64,000 nt of DNA, taken from Ptychomitrium polyphyllum. Taxonomy: Eukaryota. The DNA is taken from positions 17,174,001-17,238,000 of the forward strand of contig OZ316775.1 in NCBI GenBank assembly GCA_973851085.1, given 5' to 3'. The notes below the pieces were generated by a model. It was not told the origin of the DNA. It made no database searches and worked only from the letters and a program-made list of their open reading frames with translations. Both the position numbers and the translations under genes were made by a program. This document shows positions 11,558-23,102 of the stretch, one piece after another (within the stretch, counting starts at the first letter, position 1; every line of letters begins with the position of its first letter).

Positions 11558-13522
11558 TATTTTAGACTTTGAAGTAGTTTTATTATCAATGATTTTAAAA
11601 AATCATAAAGTTGTTCAAGATATATGCAAAAAGAGTAATGCAGATATTCTATTAGAACATCTTTCCCACAATTGTGCCATACACATCTAAGACGATATTC
11701 AACTATCATTTGGGTCTACTTGTAATTTGTCCCAAAAAAAGCTTTCGGCATTAAAAGAGTATATTGATGAAAACTTAGCCAAGAACCTCATTTGGCATCC
11801 AAAATCTCCTGCTGATGCTTTGATATTTTTTGTAAAAAAAAAAGATGGATCTTTACAAATGTGTATTGATTATGGCGGCTTCAACAAAATAATGGTGAAG
11901 AACTGATACCCATTACCGCTGATAGCTAGACTTCTTGATCAACCTAGCCAAGCAAAAATTTATAACAAAATAGACTTGCAAGGAGCCTATAACTTGGTGC
12001 ACATCAAAGAAAAAGACAAATGGAAAACGGCATGTCAAACAAGGTATGGACATTTTGAACACAATGTCATACCTTTTGGAGTTATCAATGTGCCTGCCAT
12101 TTTCTAACATTTAATGAGTGATATATTTTGTGAGTACCTTGATGATTTTGTCGTATGCTATTTGAATGATATCTTGGTTTATTCAAAGAACTAAGAGGAG
12201 CATGAACAACATGTCTGCATAGTTCTACAAAAATTATAAAATATTGGTTTGTATGCCAAGCTGGAGAAATGTATCTTCCACAAGTTTCAAGTGGATTTCC
12301 TTAGTTGTATCTTTTCCAACGAACAACTATTGATGGATCCAAAGAAGGTTGAAGTAATCTGCGATTAGACAAGGCCAAAATTGATACATGATGTCCAATA
12401 ATTTCTTGGATTTGGAAACTGCTATAAGATCTTTACCAAAGACTATTCTCCAATAGCTGTACCATTTATGCGGCTAGTATACAAAAAAAGCTTGAATGGA
12501 GATTCAATACCAAGGATGCATTTTAGAATTTGAAGTGAATTTTTACTACAACTCTTATTCTAGTCCATCCAGACTTTCTTAAGCCATTTTATATGGAAAT
12601 GGATGCTTTTAACTTTGAATTAGAAGTAGTTTTGTTGTAAGCAAGAAAATAAAGGATATTCCACCTAGTTGTATTTCATTCCAAAAGAATTTTAGCTATA
12701 GAAATCAACCATGAAATCCATGACAAGAAAGTCCTTGTAATTGTAGATTCCTTCTCAGAATGACTCTACTTGCTCCAAGGTGTTGCGCATGCACTTGTTG
12801 TATAGACAAATTACAAGAATCTGGAATACTTCATATAAGCACGCATTTCAAACTGTTGCTAAGCTTGTTGGAGTATGCTTCTATCTCAATTTTATTTCCA
12901 CATTTCATATCAACTTGGGAAACATCAAGAATTGTCAAATGCCTTATCTATGCGGTTATATCTTGTGCCAATAGAGGGAGAAGTAGCACAGAATCAACAA
13001 TGAGCAACTTTATTGAAGCCTGAATGATTTTGCATATGCACAACCGCCATTTCAGCTCCGAAGGATTCATCATCCATTGATTAGGTTTGTGTATCAAGTA
13101 CGGACCCACTTGTTTTTTTATATCAAGCGTTGTTTTAGCAACCTTTCTAAAGATGTATCAAATTTCAATTTGAGGACAATCTTCTATATTTAAAAAAAAG
13201 ACTATATGATTTGGGAGGACTAGTTTGCCTTTTTGTATTTTGAACACATTATAATTTTTGATTGTTTGGACATTTTGGATTCAATTAAGACTTAGAAACT
13301 CTTCTCTCGAGACTTTTGGTAGCTTCAAGTGTGAAAGGCCGTTAAACAGTTTGTACTTTTGGGTAACAATTGCTTCTGGTTTAAGAACCTTTGGCATTGT
13401 CCACACGGAATTTTTCAACCATTGCCTATTTCAAGGCAATTTTGGTCTTTTGTTTCCATAGATTTCATAAGAGATCTTCCATTGTGAAATCTTTTGATAC
13501 CACCTTTGTTGTGGTAGACCGG

Positions 13523-16308
13523 TGGTGTGATGTATTTAACTGTACAGTTTAAAACTTAACTGATATTTGTTATTTTGTGGAACTTAAATTATTGTATTAG
13601 AAAAAATATATTAGGGAAAAAATATTAGGAAAAATTAATAATTGGATTAAAAAAGGTCGTGGTGAAACCACAAATTTATTTGTTTTGGAGATAGAACTGC
13701 ATCTTGTCTTAGCTTATGATGAATACGCCAATTTACTTTAGTATTTTCTTGCCTACCATTCTACTCAACAAATCCGATAAGAATAAAATTCGGACCAGTT
13801 CAGCATCTGGATCTTATATAGTCAACTGAGTTCATAACTTGGTGCCTAATCCAACCTTGATAATGATATTATTCTTAACTCGTTTCTTATCAAACTTCAA
13901 TCTCTTTTCTACTTTCTTTCCTTTATTTTAGTTTTTTAGTTTTCATTTTAGATTTATGAGGGTTGATTTTGTCTTCTTTGTAGTTTGAATCTAAAAGTTT
14001 CAAATAGAAGAATGGAAAAAAAAAAAAACAAAAAAAAAGGATTTAGATTTTTTTTTATTTGAAGATATGATTAGATAAAGGCTTGAGAAAAGAGCTTAGG
14101 AGTTGATGTAGAGAAATAAAGCTGATGTGGAATGATAAAAGGCGGATGTGGTGGTTTGACCATCGCCCTCTTTTTCTTTCTTGGCCTTTCTTACTTGAAA
14201 AAGATAGCAGCCCTTTTTTGAATGATATCTCATTGTACACTTCTTAGTTTGAGTTGATTTTTAACTATGAAATTATGAAATTTTATTTTAATGGATTTTT
14301 TTTCTTCTCTTGTGAGCTTTTCAATAAGCCATCACACAATTCATTTAAAATTAGTATGTGACCATAGTACTAATTTGAATAAAGTAGAGTCAGTTGCCTT
14401 GAGTTTTGAAAGCAACTATTTTGAATGCTTGCAATTTTTTATAAAAATGATTTTTGATTATGAAGTTTGTAAAATAGAATTTTGACTACTTTAGAATGTT
14501 GGTGTAGAAATGTCAACAATAATAAATTCTTATAGTAGGAGATATAAGAAAAAAAATGCAACCAATGTTTGAGGGCCATACACAATATAGTTCAGAGCAA
14601 TATGTTTTAAACCATTGAAGATGATTGGAAAGGCTTTTAAGCTTGAAATTTTGGTGAAATGTTTATTGTAAAATACATAATATATGAATAAAGTTTGAAG
14701 TTTCAATTTATTGTAGAAAAGAAGTTATAGAATTATGAAATAAGGAGGGGGTCAAGGAGCTATTGTTGCGTACCTCTCTTTGAAGAGTGCCCGCAACACA
14801 AAGGGCACAAGGGGGACCCCGGAATGAAGTCCTGGACTTGTGGCGCCGATAGTGAAAGGAACCAAGTGGGCCTAACATGGAAAGGTCCCCTAGAGGGAGA
14901 AACATCCTTGCCCATATAGACCGAGGGCCACGAAGGATAAATTGTGGGCATTGGAGAAATCACAAAGATTTGATTTTAGAATGCTAAAGATTGCTCGAAT
15001 CGGACAAGGGAGCTAAAAGTTATGGCATCCCAAAGTTAGGGTTGCCAAGAGGCTGTTCTGGACTGTGGCAGCCCTACATAGTGAGTGTATTGGACTGGGA
15101 CAGTCCAGGGAGGAACTCCCCGGCAGTCCCAAACCTTGAGTGAGGTGTATCTTCCACAATACTAATTCAAATCGGACATTTGAGGAGTCTATCAACATCT
15201 ATCCAAAGAATAGATGACAATAGAGTGGTCGCTTGATACATTTCGGCACCGGATAAGGAACATATGGCTCCCTAAAGCTCCGCTGGGAGTCTCGGAGGCT
15301 TCCAGCGACTAAGTTCTAAGGGTGATTAGGTGGTTTTCCAAAACTTTAGGTGTGTTGGGGTTCAGCCAGCTACAAGAGCGCCAGGGGGCCTGCCGAATCC
15401 CACAGAGAGTACTATAAGGGAGGGCTGGCCCTCCTTCCCACTCCCCTAGTGTTCCGGTAGAGACCAAGGGTGAGTCCTGGTTGGTGGAGCTAGTGTTGGG
15501 GCTTCACCTTGGGGACTCCCACACCATTGTGAGCCGGTGGACGGCCGATTTCACGGAGGAAACTAGCACGTTTAAAAGGATACACTTGTTACTACTAAGT
15601 TGGAGTGGTATCTTCATGCCGGCATCATGATGACCCGGAGTGATCTTAGGATTGCATGGGAATCATAAGTGGTGGTGAGGAGACACCACTAAGTGTGGTT
15701 AGCTGTGTGGAATGGAAATAATACCAAGTGAGGCCTTGGACATGAATGGAAGTCTGCACCTAATCATTGGCTACCAATCAATTGGGTGTTTTAAAAGAAA
15801 TGGTAGAAAGACTTGGAAAGTGAGAATGGAGGTTAACCATGTCCATGTGGGGGTGTACAGGATTGACGCGCGTGACGCTTGCTAAGGTGCATTACAAGGG
15901 TTGCTACAACTATGGCAGAAAGAGTGAAACTTTTGAAGACATGGTTCTTGACAATTTCTTGGACTATAAATAAAAGATTTTGAGGGTTGTACTTAGAAAA
16001 TCTTGTGCTTATATTATTAAAATATTAAAAATATAAGACCTTTAAGCTTGAAGTTATAGAAGAATACAAAATTTGGATTTAAAAGAATGAAAAAGTAGAA
16101 TTGTTAATAAAGGATAGGATTATTTTTTAAGATGGGGAAAATAAGAGTTGGAAAGTAGAAATTAAAAATGTAGAAATAGCTAATAAGTAATTGGAAGTTG
16201 TACTTTGTATCAAAAAATAAAAGTAATATAAAAAAAAATCTTTGTACGTGATTAATTAGATGCAAAAAAGATCCAATGTTTCCTATAGCAACCACTCTTA
16301 TCACGACA
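13523..16308. mobile_element. AT-rich ~1.6-kb TG..CA insertion (probable long solo LTR), itself carrying a Galadriel-like solo LTR
   Basis: Splits the integrase codons VVVDR|LTKMAHF. Imperfect terminal inverted ends tggtgtgat / atcacgaca and an apparent 4-bp TSD ccgg/ccag. No coding similarity recognised. Confidence 0.6.
14764..15908 (+). repeat. Solo LTR of the Galadriel-like family
   Basis: Full 1145-bp LTR with TSD gctat/actat (4/5), no PBS or internal sequence. Confidence 0.92.
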
Positions 16309-18430
16309 CCAGTTGACTAAGATGGCACATTTTGTACCTTGCAAGAAGGCAATAATGGATGAAGAAGCTGCATCATTCTTTATGGATAATGTCTACCACT
16401 ACCATAGACTATCGGAGAATATTATATTAAAGCGGAGGCTACAGTTTGTATCAAAATTTTGGAAGTTGCTCTTTGAAATCTTGAAGATAGACATTAAACT
16501 TTCTTCTGCCTTCCATCCTCAAACCAATGGCCAAACAGAGCAAGTCAACCAGATTTTGGAGCAATATTTGATGTGTACAATCAACTACCAACAAAATGAA
16601 TGGACTTTCTTTTTAACATTAGCTGAATTTGCCTATAATAACACCACTCACGCTTTCACCTAACAAACTCCATTCTACTCCAACTATGGACATCATCTAC
16701 AGATGGATATATTACAGGCTCCACAATTTGAGAATCCAGCAGTACATGAATTTGTAACAAGAATGGTAGAGCTTCAAGCAACCATGAAGACTTGACAAAA
16801 AAAAGTTTAAAAACAATATAAAACAATAGCAAATACAACAAGGAAGGAACAACCTCTATTCCAAATTGGTGAGAAGGTGTGGCTCCTTTGATACAATAAA
16901 TAGACCAATAGGTCATATCTCAAGTTGTATTATTGTAAATTGAAACCATTTGCAATTCAAAAAAAATCAACCACGTAGCATACTGTTTGGAACTACCAAT
17001 ATCAATGAAGGTACATCCCGTTTTTCACGTTTTGCTTTTGGAAGCCTATAAGGAATCAACTATCGTTGGACGAAGTCAACTGATACCATTTGTGATCGAA
17101 ATCAATAATCATCATGAATTTGAAGTGGAAGTAGTACTTGACTCATGGATAAGATGTGGAAAGTTAGAATATTTGGTCTATTGGCGCAGATATGACATCA
17201 ATGAACGTACATGGGAGCCAACTAATAATCTTGCCAATTTACTACTAAAATTTTGTGAGTTCCATTGACAACATCCATTTAAACCAAAAGTAACAGCGCA
17301 AGAAACAGTAGCTCGGTAAGGATGCGTAAGCTTGAAGGCTCTTGGTGCTTAGGCATTTAAGCAAGAAAGAAAGCAATTCCTGAATCATAAGTTTCTAAAG
17401 CCCTAGACATGATTTAGAAATTAGTCGTTTGTATTTTGAAGTCTATTATAGTTCCTTGAGACTAGCTCAATATATTAGATATGGATAGTCAAGATGCAGA
17501 TACCATGCCAATGGTGTAAATCCAACCAAGTAGTTCTAGTTGACAACCTTGTAACAAAGAACAAATTGGACCAAGAAAACATCAAAGAATATCTAGGAAT
17601 AGATTGTTGGTGATTGTTTTTGAAGTAGAACAAACTTATGAAGGTTATTGAGAAGCAATATTTGAGAGACGCTTTCACAACGAAGATACAGAAGTTCATA
17701 CTTGATTCCAAGTAAAAAGCATTGGATACTATCAATGGTTACAAGGACCCATGAATCATTTGAATTGTGAAAGGCAATTGAAATATGTTGTAAATACCAT
17801 GTGACAAAATTTGACTTCTTACAACTTTGTGCATTTCTGCAACATGCTCTTTAGGAGTCTCGGAGCTAGAAAGAGAGGTGATGTCATGGATATACACAAG
17901 AAAAGCATTTAAAAAGGTTCTTAGAAGGTTTAGAAAGCTTCTAAGGAAGTTATCTTGGCTTAGGAAGCTTCCAAAGAAGTTTTCTCAATTTAGAAAGCTT
18001 CCAAGGAAACAACTTGAGGGTGCTTGAATATAAAACATTATAGTAGAAGCTTTTCAAGAAGCTTCGAAGGTTTGTAGAATTAATATATATTATAATTGAG
18101 GTTGAAAGGATCTTCAATCTTGAAAACGTATCTCTTGTGATCTAGCTCAAATCTTCTGGTCTTGTTTTTATACCTTGTTATAGTTCTTTACTTTTAATAT
18201 ACCTTGGACATATCTTGTTTTATATCCTAAAATCCTAAAGGCTTGTAAGATTATAATTCCGTCTGTAACAACTGACGGTTCTTGCAGGGACCAATTGAAA
18301 CTTGTGGCTACAAAACAATGAATAAAATATATTGCTTCTCTTTTTCAACAAATTTTGGAATTTGTAGAGGTGAGATGAACAAGCCAGAAGAAGAGCTCAT
18401 CATGAAACTTGTTGCTAAAGGAAAAGCTGA

Positions 18431-18907
18431 TGTCATGGATATAGATCATGCAACACAGTCTTTAGAACCTTCTAGAACCTGCTAGTATATAATAATAGCT
18501 TTTTAAAATACATTCAATGCTTCCATAGCCGTTCCACCTCTTTACAAAGTTTTTTAAGAAGGTTCCACCTCTTTTGGAAATTTCCTATAAAGGTTCTATT
18601 TCTTTAAAAAAATTCTTAGGGAAATTCCACCATCTTAGAAATCTTCTTAGAAAAGTTCCATTAACTTCTAGAACATCTTTGAAGCCTTGAAAAGAGCTTC
18701 TTCAAAAGTATTCTAGAAGATACAAGTATTATAATATAAATAGGAAGTAAAACAATGTATACCATAATCTTGCTAATACAAGTTGTGGATTATATTGTAT
18801 CTTGCCTTGCTCTAGTCTTTGTATTAATTCTTGTTAATCATTAGCTCTTTGGGAGCTGATTCTTGGAAAACACTTTGATTTGCTTATTGTTTTTTGTATT
18901 CCTAACA
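18431..18907 (+). repeat. Short solo-type LTR (Tcn1-like family with ~30-bp tandem sub-repeats)
   Basis: tgtcatggatatagatc...tattcctaaca, homologous to 39974-40545, 41903-42492 (rc) and 59643-60152. TSD not recognisable. Confidence 0.8.
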
Positions 18908-20569
18908 CCTACTACTCTTAAAGTCAAAACAATGTGCATGATTTTTTATGTTAAAGATCTATTGCTTCATGGGAATTTATTTTTTTGAAAGCAAGAATAG
19001 ATAGAAATAATAGGAGCATTGTATGAATTGTGTTCCATGCCATTTTTTTATTGATAATATTGTACATGACAAAGAAATATTGTAATAATTGGAGTTCTTT
19101 GTTTTGTATGTAGTAGAAAGAAAAAGGTGACTATAATGTTATTATGTATCAAGAGCCATGTAGTTGGCATATGGCATATTCAATACCACCTTTTTCTACT
19201 TTGCCTTCTAGAAGTTGGATTTATCCTTGATATAAAAGGTTGTTTAACCAAAACATCATTTTTGACAAGAACCAAAGATTTGTAAATATTTGCCATATTT
19301 TGGAGGCTAATTAGCCAATTCTTTGGTGATTACTAGTTCTAAATTTGAAGTTTGAGCTTTGTAAGACAATAGACAATGGAATTCAACAGTAAGATTGTTG
19401 AAGGTAATTAAAAATGGGGTTTACATTGCACCTAGCTTACAAATTTCTTAGTCACTTTTTAATTAGCCTCTTTGATTCATTTAATTAGTATAACATTACT
19501 TGTAGCATTCATCATCAATTACATGCCTTTATAGTTCTAACTATTTGGCCAATTTCTATAATTAATTGGAAAGGCATTTGTAGATTTTTTTATAATATTT
19601 ATTGATTTGGTTTTGTTAACTATAAATTTGATGATGATTATAATATCCAATTTGATATTTATGATGATCTTTATTTATACAATAATTGTCATGTGATGTG
19701 GCATTGAATGCCAAGTTATATCAAATGGATGCAGTCAAATTTAATTTAAGAAGTTTTTCATCCATTTACTATATATTCAAGTTAATTTGGTATTGATTGG
19801 ATTTAGTAGAGATATTAAGTGAAGAAACTTCCTTGGCTTTGCATTCTTTGCCAATTCAATTCCTAAGAGTGTTATTTTGAAAAAAATAGTGCAATCATTT
19901 AATAAAGCTTTAGACTTCTTCTAACACTTAAAGCTTTTGGATTCTCTCTTTATGAAATGAATAATAACTTGATTGCCTTTATAATTTTTTCTTTGTTCTT
20001 TGAAGATTAGTTTGTAATGTTTTTTATTTGGTTTTAAAGATTGAAAATTTGATGATAATTATGGTACCCAATTTATTATAAATGGCAATTTTTACTTGCA
20101 GAATAGATAATTAATTGAGTAAGTTTAAAATAACTAATAATAATGAATGAAAGTAATAAATCATTACCAAATAAAAAACATTACAAATTTTCAATCACAA
20201 CTCTCATAAAGACATTATAGGACTAAAGATTAAAACTAACAATTAAAATAAGCCATATGAATATATGGTCTTCTATTGTTTTGTTTTGGAAAAAATATTC
20301 ATTATAAATTAGATATTCACTTACAATAATATTTTTGCTTTTCAATAGCTTTTCAATATGATAACCATTTTAATAACCAAAATGTTGTTGAGAATTTAAA
20401 ATGTGAAAAAATTGTAATTCAAAGGTGTCAACATCCCTTTTATATATATAGAAAGGCCTTCAAGTATATTAATTGCCATAACCATACTTCTAATCCAAAC
20501 TCTAATAGACTATTAAATCCACCACAAAAAATGAAAAAATTATGGAAAATTATAAAAGATTCTTTAGGG

Positions 20570-20643
20570 TAAGCTTGTTGGTTGGCACAACTTTTTAGGG
20601 TGGCACAACTTTTTAGGATAAGCTTGTTGGTTGGCACAACTTT
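20570..20643. repeat. Short local duplication (taagcttgttggttggcacaacttt x2 with an internal partial copy)
   Basis: Direct reading of the sequence. Confidence 0.8.
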
Positions 20644-22110
20644 CATACGTATCATACTAATATAAGTACTATTAGTCACCCAACTCAGATTGCCATCGAG
20701 TAAAAAACGAGTAATTTATGGACTTATTCATCAATAGAAATCCAGTAATACTGCCATATTACAACACTGGCTATTTGCCTATTGCTTCACAAATTCAGTT
20801 GCATAGAGCAGCTTTACAAAAATATCAATTTTTTTAATACCAAGTCATGGCTCAGGGAGGAACATTGTTCAAACTCCATCATAGTGTATGGAACATCAAG
20901 TCTCTGGCGAAGTACATCTATCTTCCTAAGTTGCCACGTTGATGAAGCAAATCATAACTTCTGCAAGTAACCCTAAGTATTCACAAAACACAAGTATCTT
21001 AAGGGCTGTCTACTTAAAAAACAGTTTTCCAAAACAATTGCAGAAACGTTGTTTAAGACCAGCAAACAATTCGATAGAGATCGAGGGAATAAGAAAGAAA
21101 AAGGTTCCACGGATGTGAGTTTCACAAAATGACAAAAACAGTGTCATTGAGAACCACTAGCATTTTCAGCTCAACCGCGCAACCGCGTCCTGTGAATCTG
21201 CATGTAATCTGACACTGCAGTAACTAAAATAGGCATATGACGTTGAGAGCATCACCAATTCTGCCAGAACTCCAGTTCTTAATCCGATCCAATCGAAAAT
21301 ACGAGTCTAGTTGCGCACGATCGTATATACAAGCAGAGACGTGCCTCTGTAATCGCATCATCTCACTCCTGAACGAAACATTTACAAAAACCCGCATCTC
21401 AGTACGTAAGGCTTCACTTTCGATTTATTATTACAGATCTGTGATTTGTTATTAAAAACATTAGCCAACAAATTCGCTTATCGAATGTCCTGAACCTATC
21501 CTGTACTTAAATGGAATAAACCCACTCGAATCAACCAACTTCAACCTCTCACAAAGTGCTATTCCCAGCACATGCTACTCTCAGTATCTAAAGAATTCCT
21601 GTGTCACACGAAGAAATGATTAGCTCCTACCAAGGTTACAAATTCAAGATCCATCATTAACCAGCACTGCAAACCTTTTGCCCAACAATCACCAGTAAGG
21701 CAGCAAGTGATATTGGACGAAGTGGACTTCCATTCTTATGGATGCAAAATGGCTCATGGAGGTTTCCAGTCTGCACTACAAGATGACATTCACAGTGAAC
21801 AATTAAATGTGTACTAACTGACTGACAATACAAACCCATAAAAGCAGAATAAATCTTCCAAAGAATCGGTCACAGCAAGTTGTCTCAAATGCGATCTCTG
21901 TAAAATTTTATGCCACAAATCCGAAGCGTTTTTAGCCTAATGCTAACGCTCGATAAGGGGCAACAGTACAATTTGTACACCAATGCCTCACAGAATTGTG
22001 GGCGAAACTACATTTCTGTAGATCTCTCCATATACACGACCCTACAACATCACTACGTTTTGTAAATGTACAGCGACAATACAGTCCTTTAAGTACATAT
22101 TTCAGTGTAT

Positions 22111-23102
22111 CTACATGTCAGAGCGAGGTTGGTGTAAGCGGTAAGTGTTCCACTTCTTAGAATAACTACCCACCTTGTGTGACATGGTCTTATTCTGATA
22201 GTAGGAAGGGTTCTTGGACCACGGCGCCTGCCGCTCCTGCAGCTGCTGTTCCTGCTCCTTGGGTACCTCTACGTCTTTGACGTTATTTGCGCCTGTGAGG
22301 CTGAGATCCTCGTCCAAAAAGAAGTCTGCAAATTCGCGAAGAGCAGATTCGGAATCAGCTGGCTGCAAATTAAAAATTCAAACAAGCAGAGATACGTGGC
22401 TGCGATGAACATAGACTCGATTTAACGAACAAGAAAACTTCGTGCTCTAGAGAACCTACTAACAAGACCACGTATCAAAGGCAAATGCCTGTAATGCCAC
22501 CAAGTCTGACATAAAAGGCAAAGAAAACACTAGCCCGTGCGCGTAAGTGGCTCGGCAAACTAAGAACTCTTTCATTGCAAGATCTCCAAGACTAATGCTT
22601 CAAAGACTGCAGACGATTGACATAACCTCGATTTAGCTTTCACTGAAACTTTCCTGACTTACAACTCGAGCAAACCAGATCAACAGATTATGACTGTGAA
22701 ACTTTAAACCTAACTCCAAGATAAATCTGACACTAACAACGACCGACACGTACCCATTTCACGCAAGTTGCGCGCCAAAATCTCCTCCTCCTCAAGGTCA
22801 ACAAGATGCTCCTGATAACCTTCAAACTGGTCACAGTCAGCAAGCTCCGCCAAATCCTCAACAAGAGCATCCCTCTGCTCCACGCTTAGCATCAAAAGAC
22901 TCGACATATACTGCGCTCTGAAACCCTCGTCGGACTCAAAACGGCTCCACCACTCAGCAGAGAACTCCTCAACCGCCGCAGGCAGCGCAAAAGACACCGG
23001 CGCTCTGCTTTCCTCCACCACAACACGCCTCACCGCCGGCACAAACTCACTCGCATTCGGGTTAAGCATCGATATCATCGGAGCCTTCCGTTCCAGCCCC
23101 AT
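22111..23102 (-). CDS. ERD15-like PAM2-motif (PABP-interacting) protein, 2 exons, ~198 aa
   Basis: Exon 1 23102-22754 has PAM2 MLNPNASEFVP followed by VEEFSAEWW (the ERD15 PAE1-type motif). GT donor at 22753, AG acceptor at 22360-22359. Exon 2 22358-22111 ends ...RLHQPRSDM, and C-terminal QPR is typical of the ERD15 family. Phases are compatible (597 nt). Confidence 0.85.

Larger units (their letters stand above)
11558..18270 (+). mobile_element. Decayed Tcn1-like chromovirus A, 3' half (RT, RNase H, integrase, chromodomain, PPT, 3' LTR 17882-18270)
   Basis: Degenerate RT (KKKDGSLQMCIDYGG, YLNDILVYS), integrase 16313-16663 (LTKMAHFVPC...SSAFHPQTNGQTE) and chromodomain 16987-17268 (EFEVEVVLDS...EYLVYWRRY...TWEP). 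PPT gaaagagaggtga precedes a TG..CA LTR similar to 30834-31262. Confidence 0.88.

Noticed and set aside
19000..20430. Very AT-rich tract as a possible functional element
   Set aside because: No periodicity, termini or motifs found, consistent with old decayed repeat DNA.
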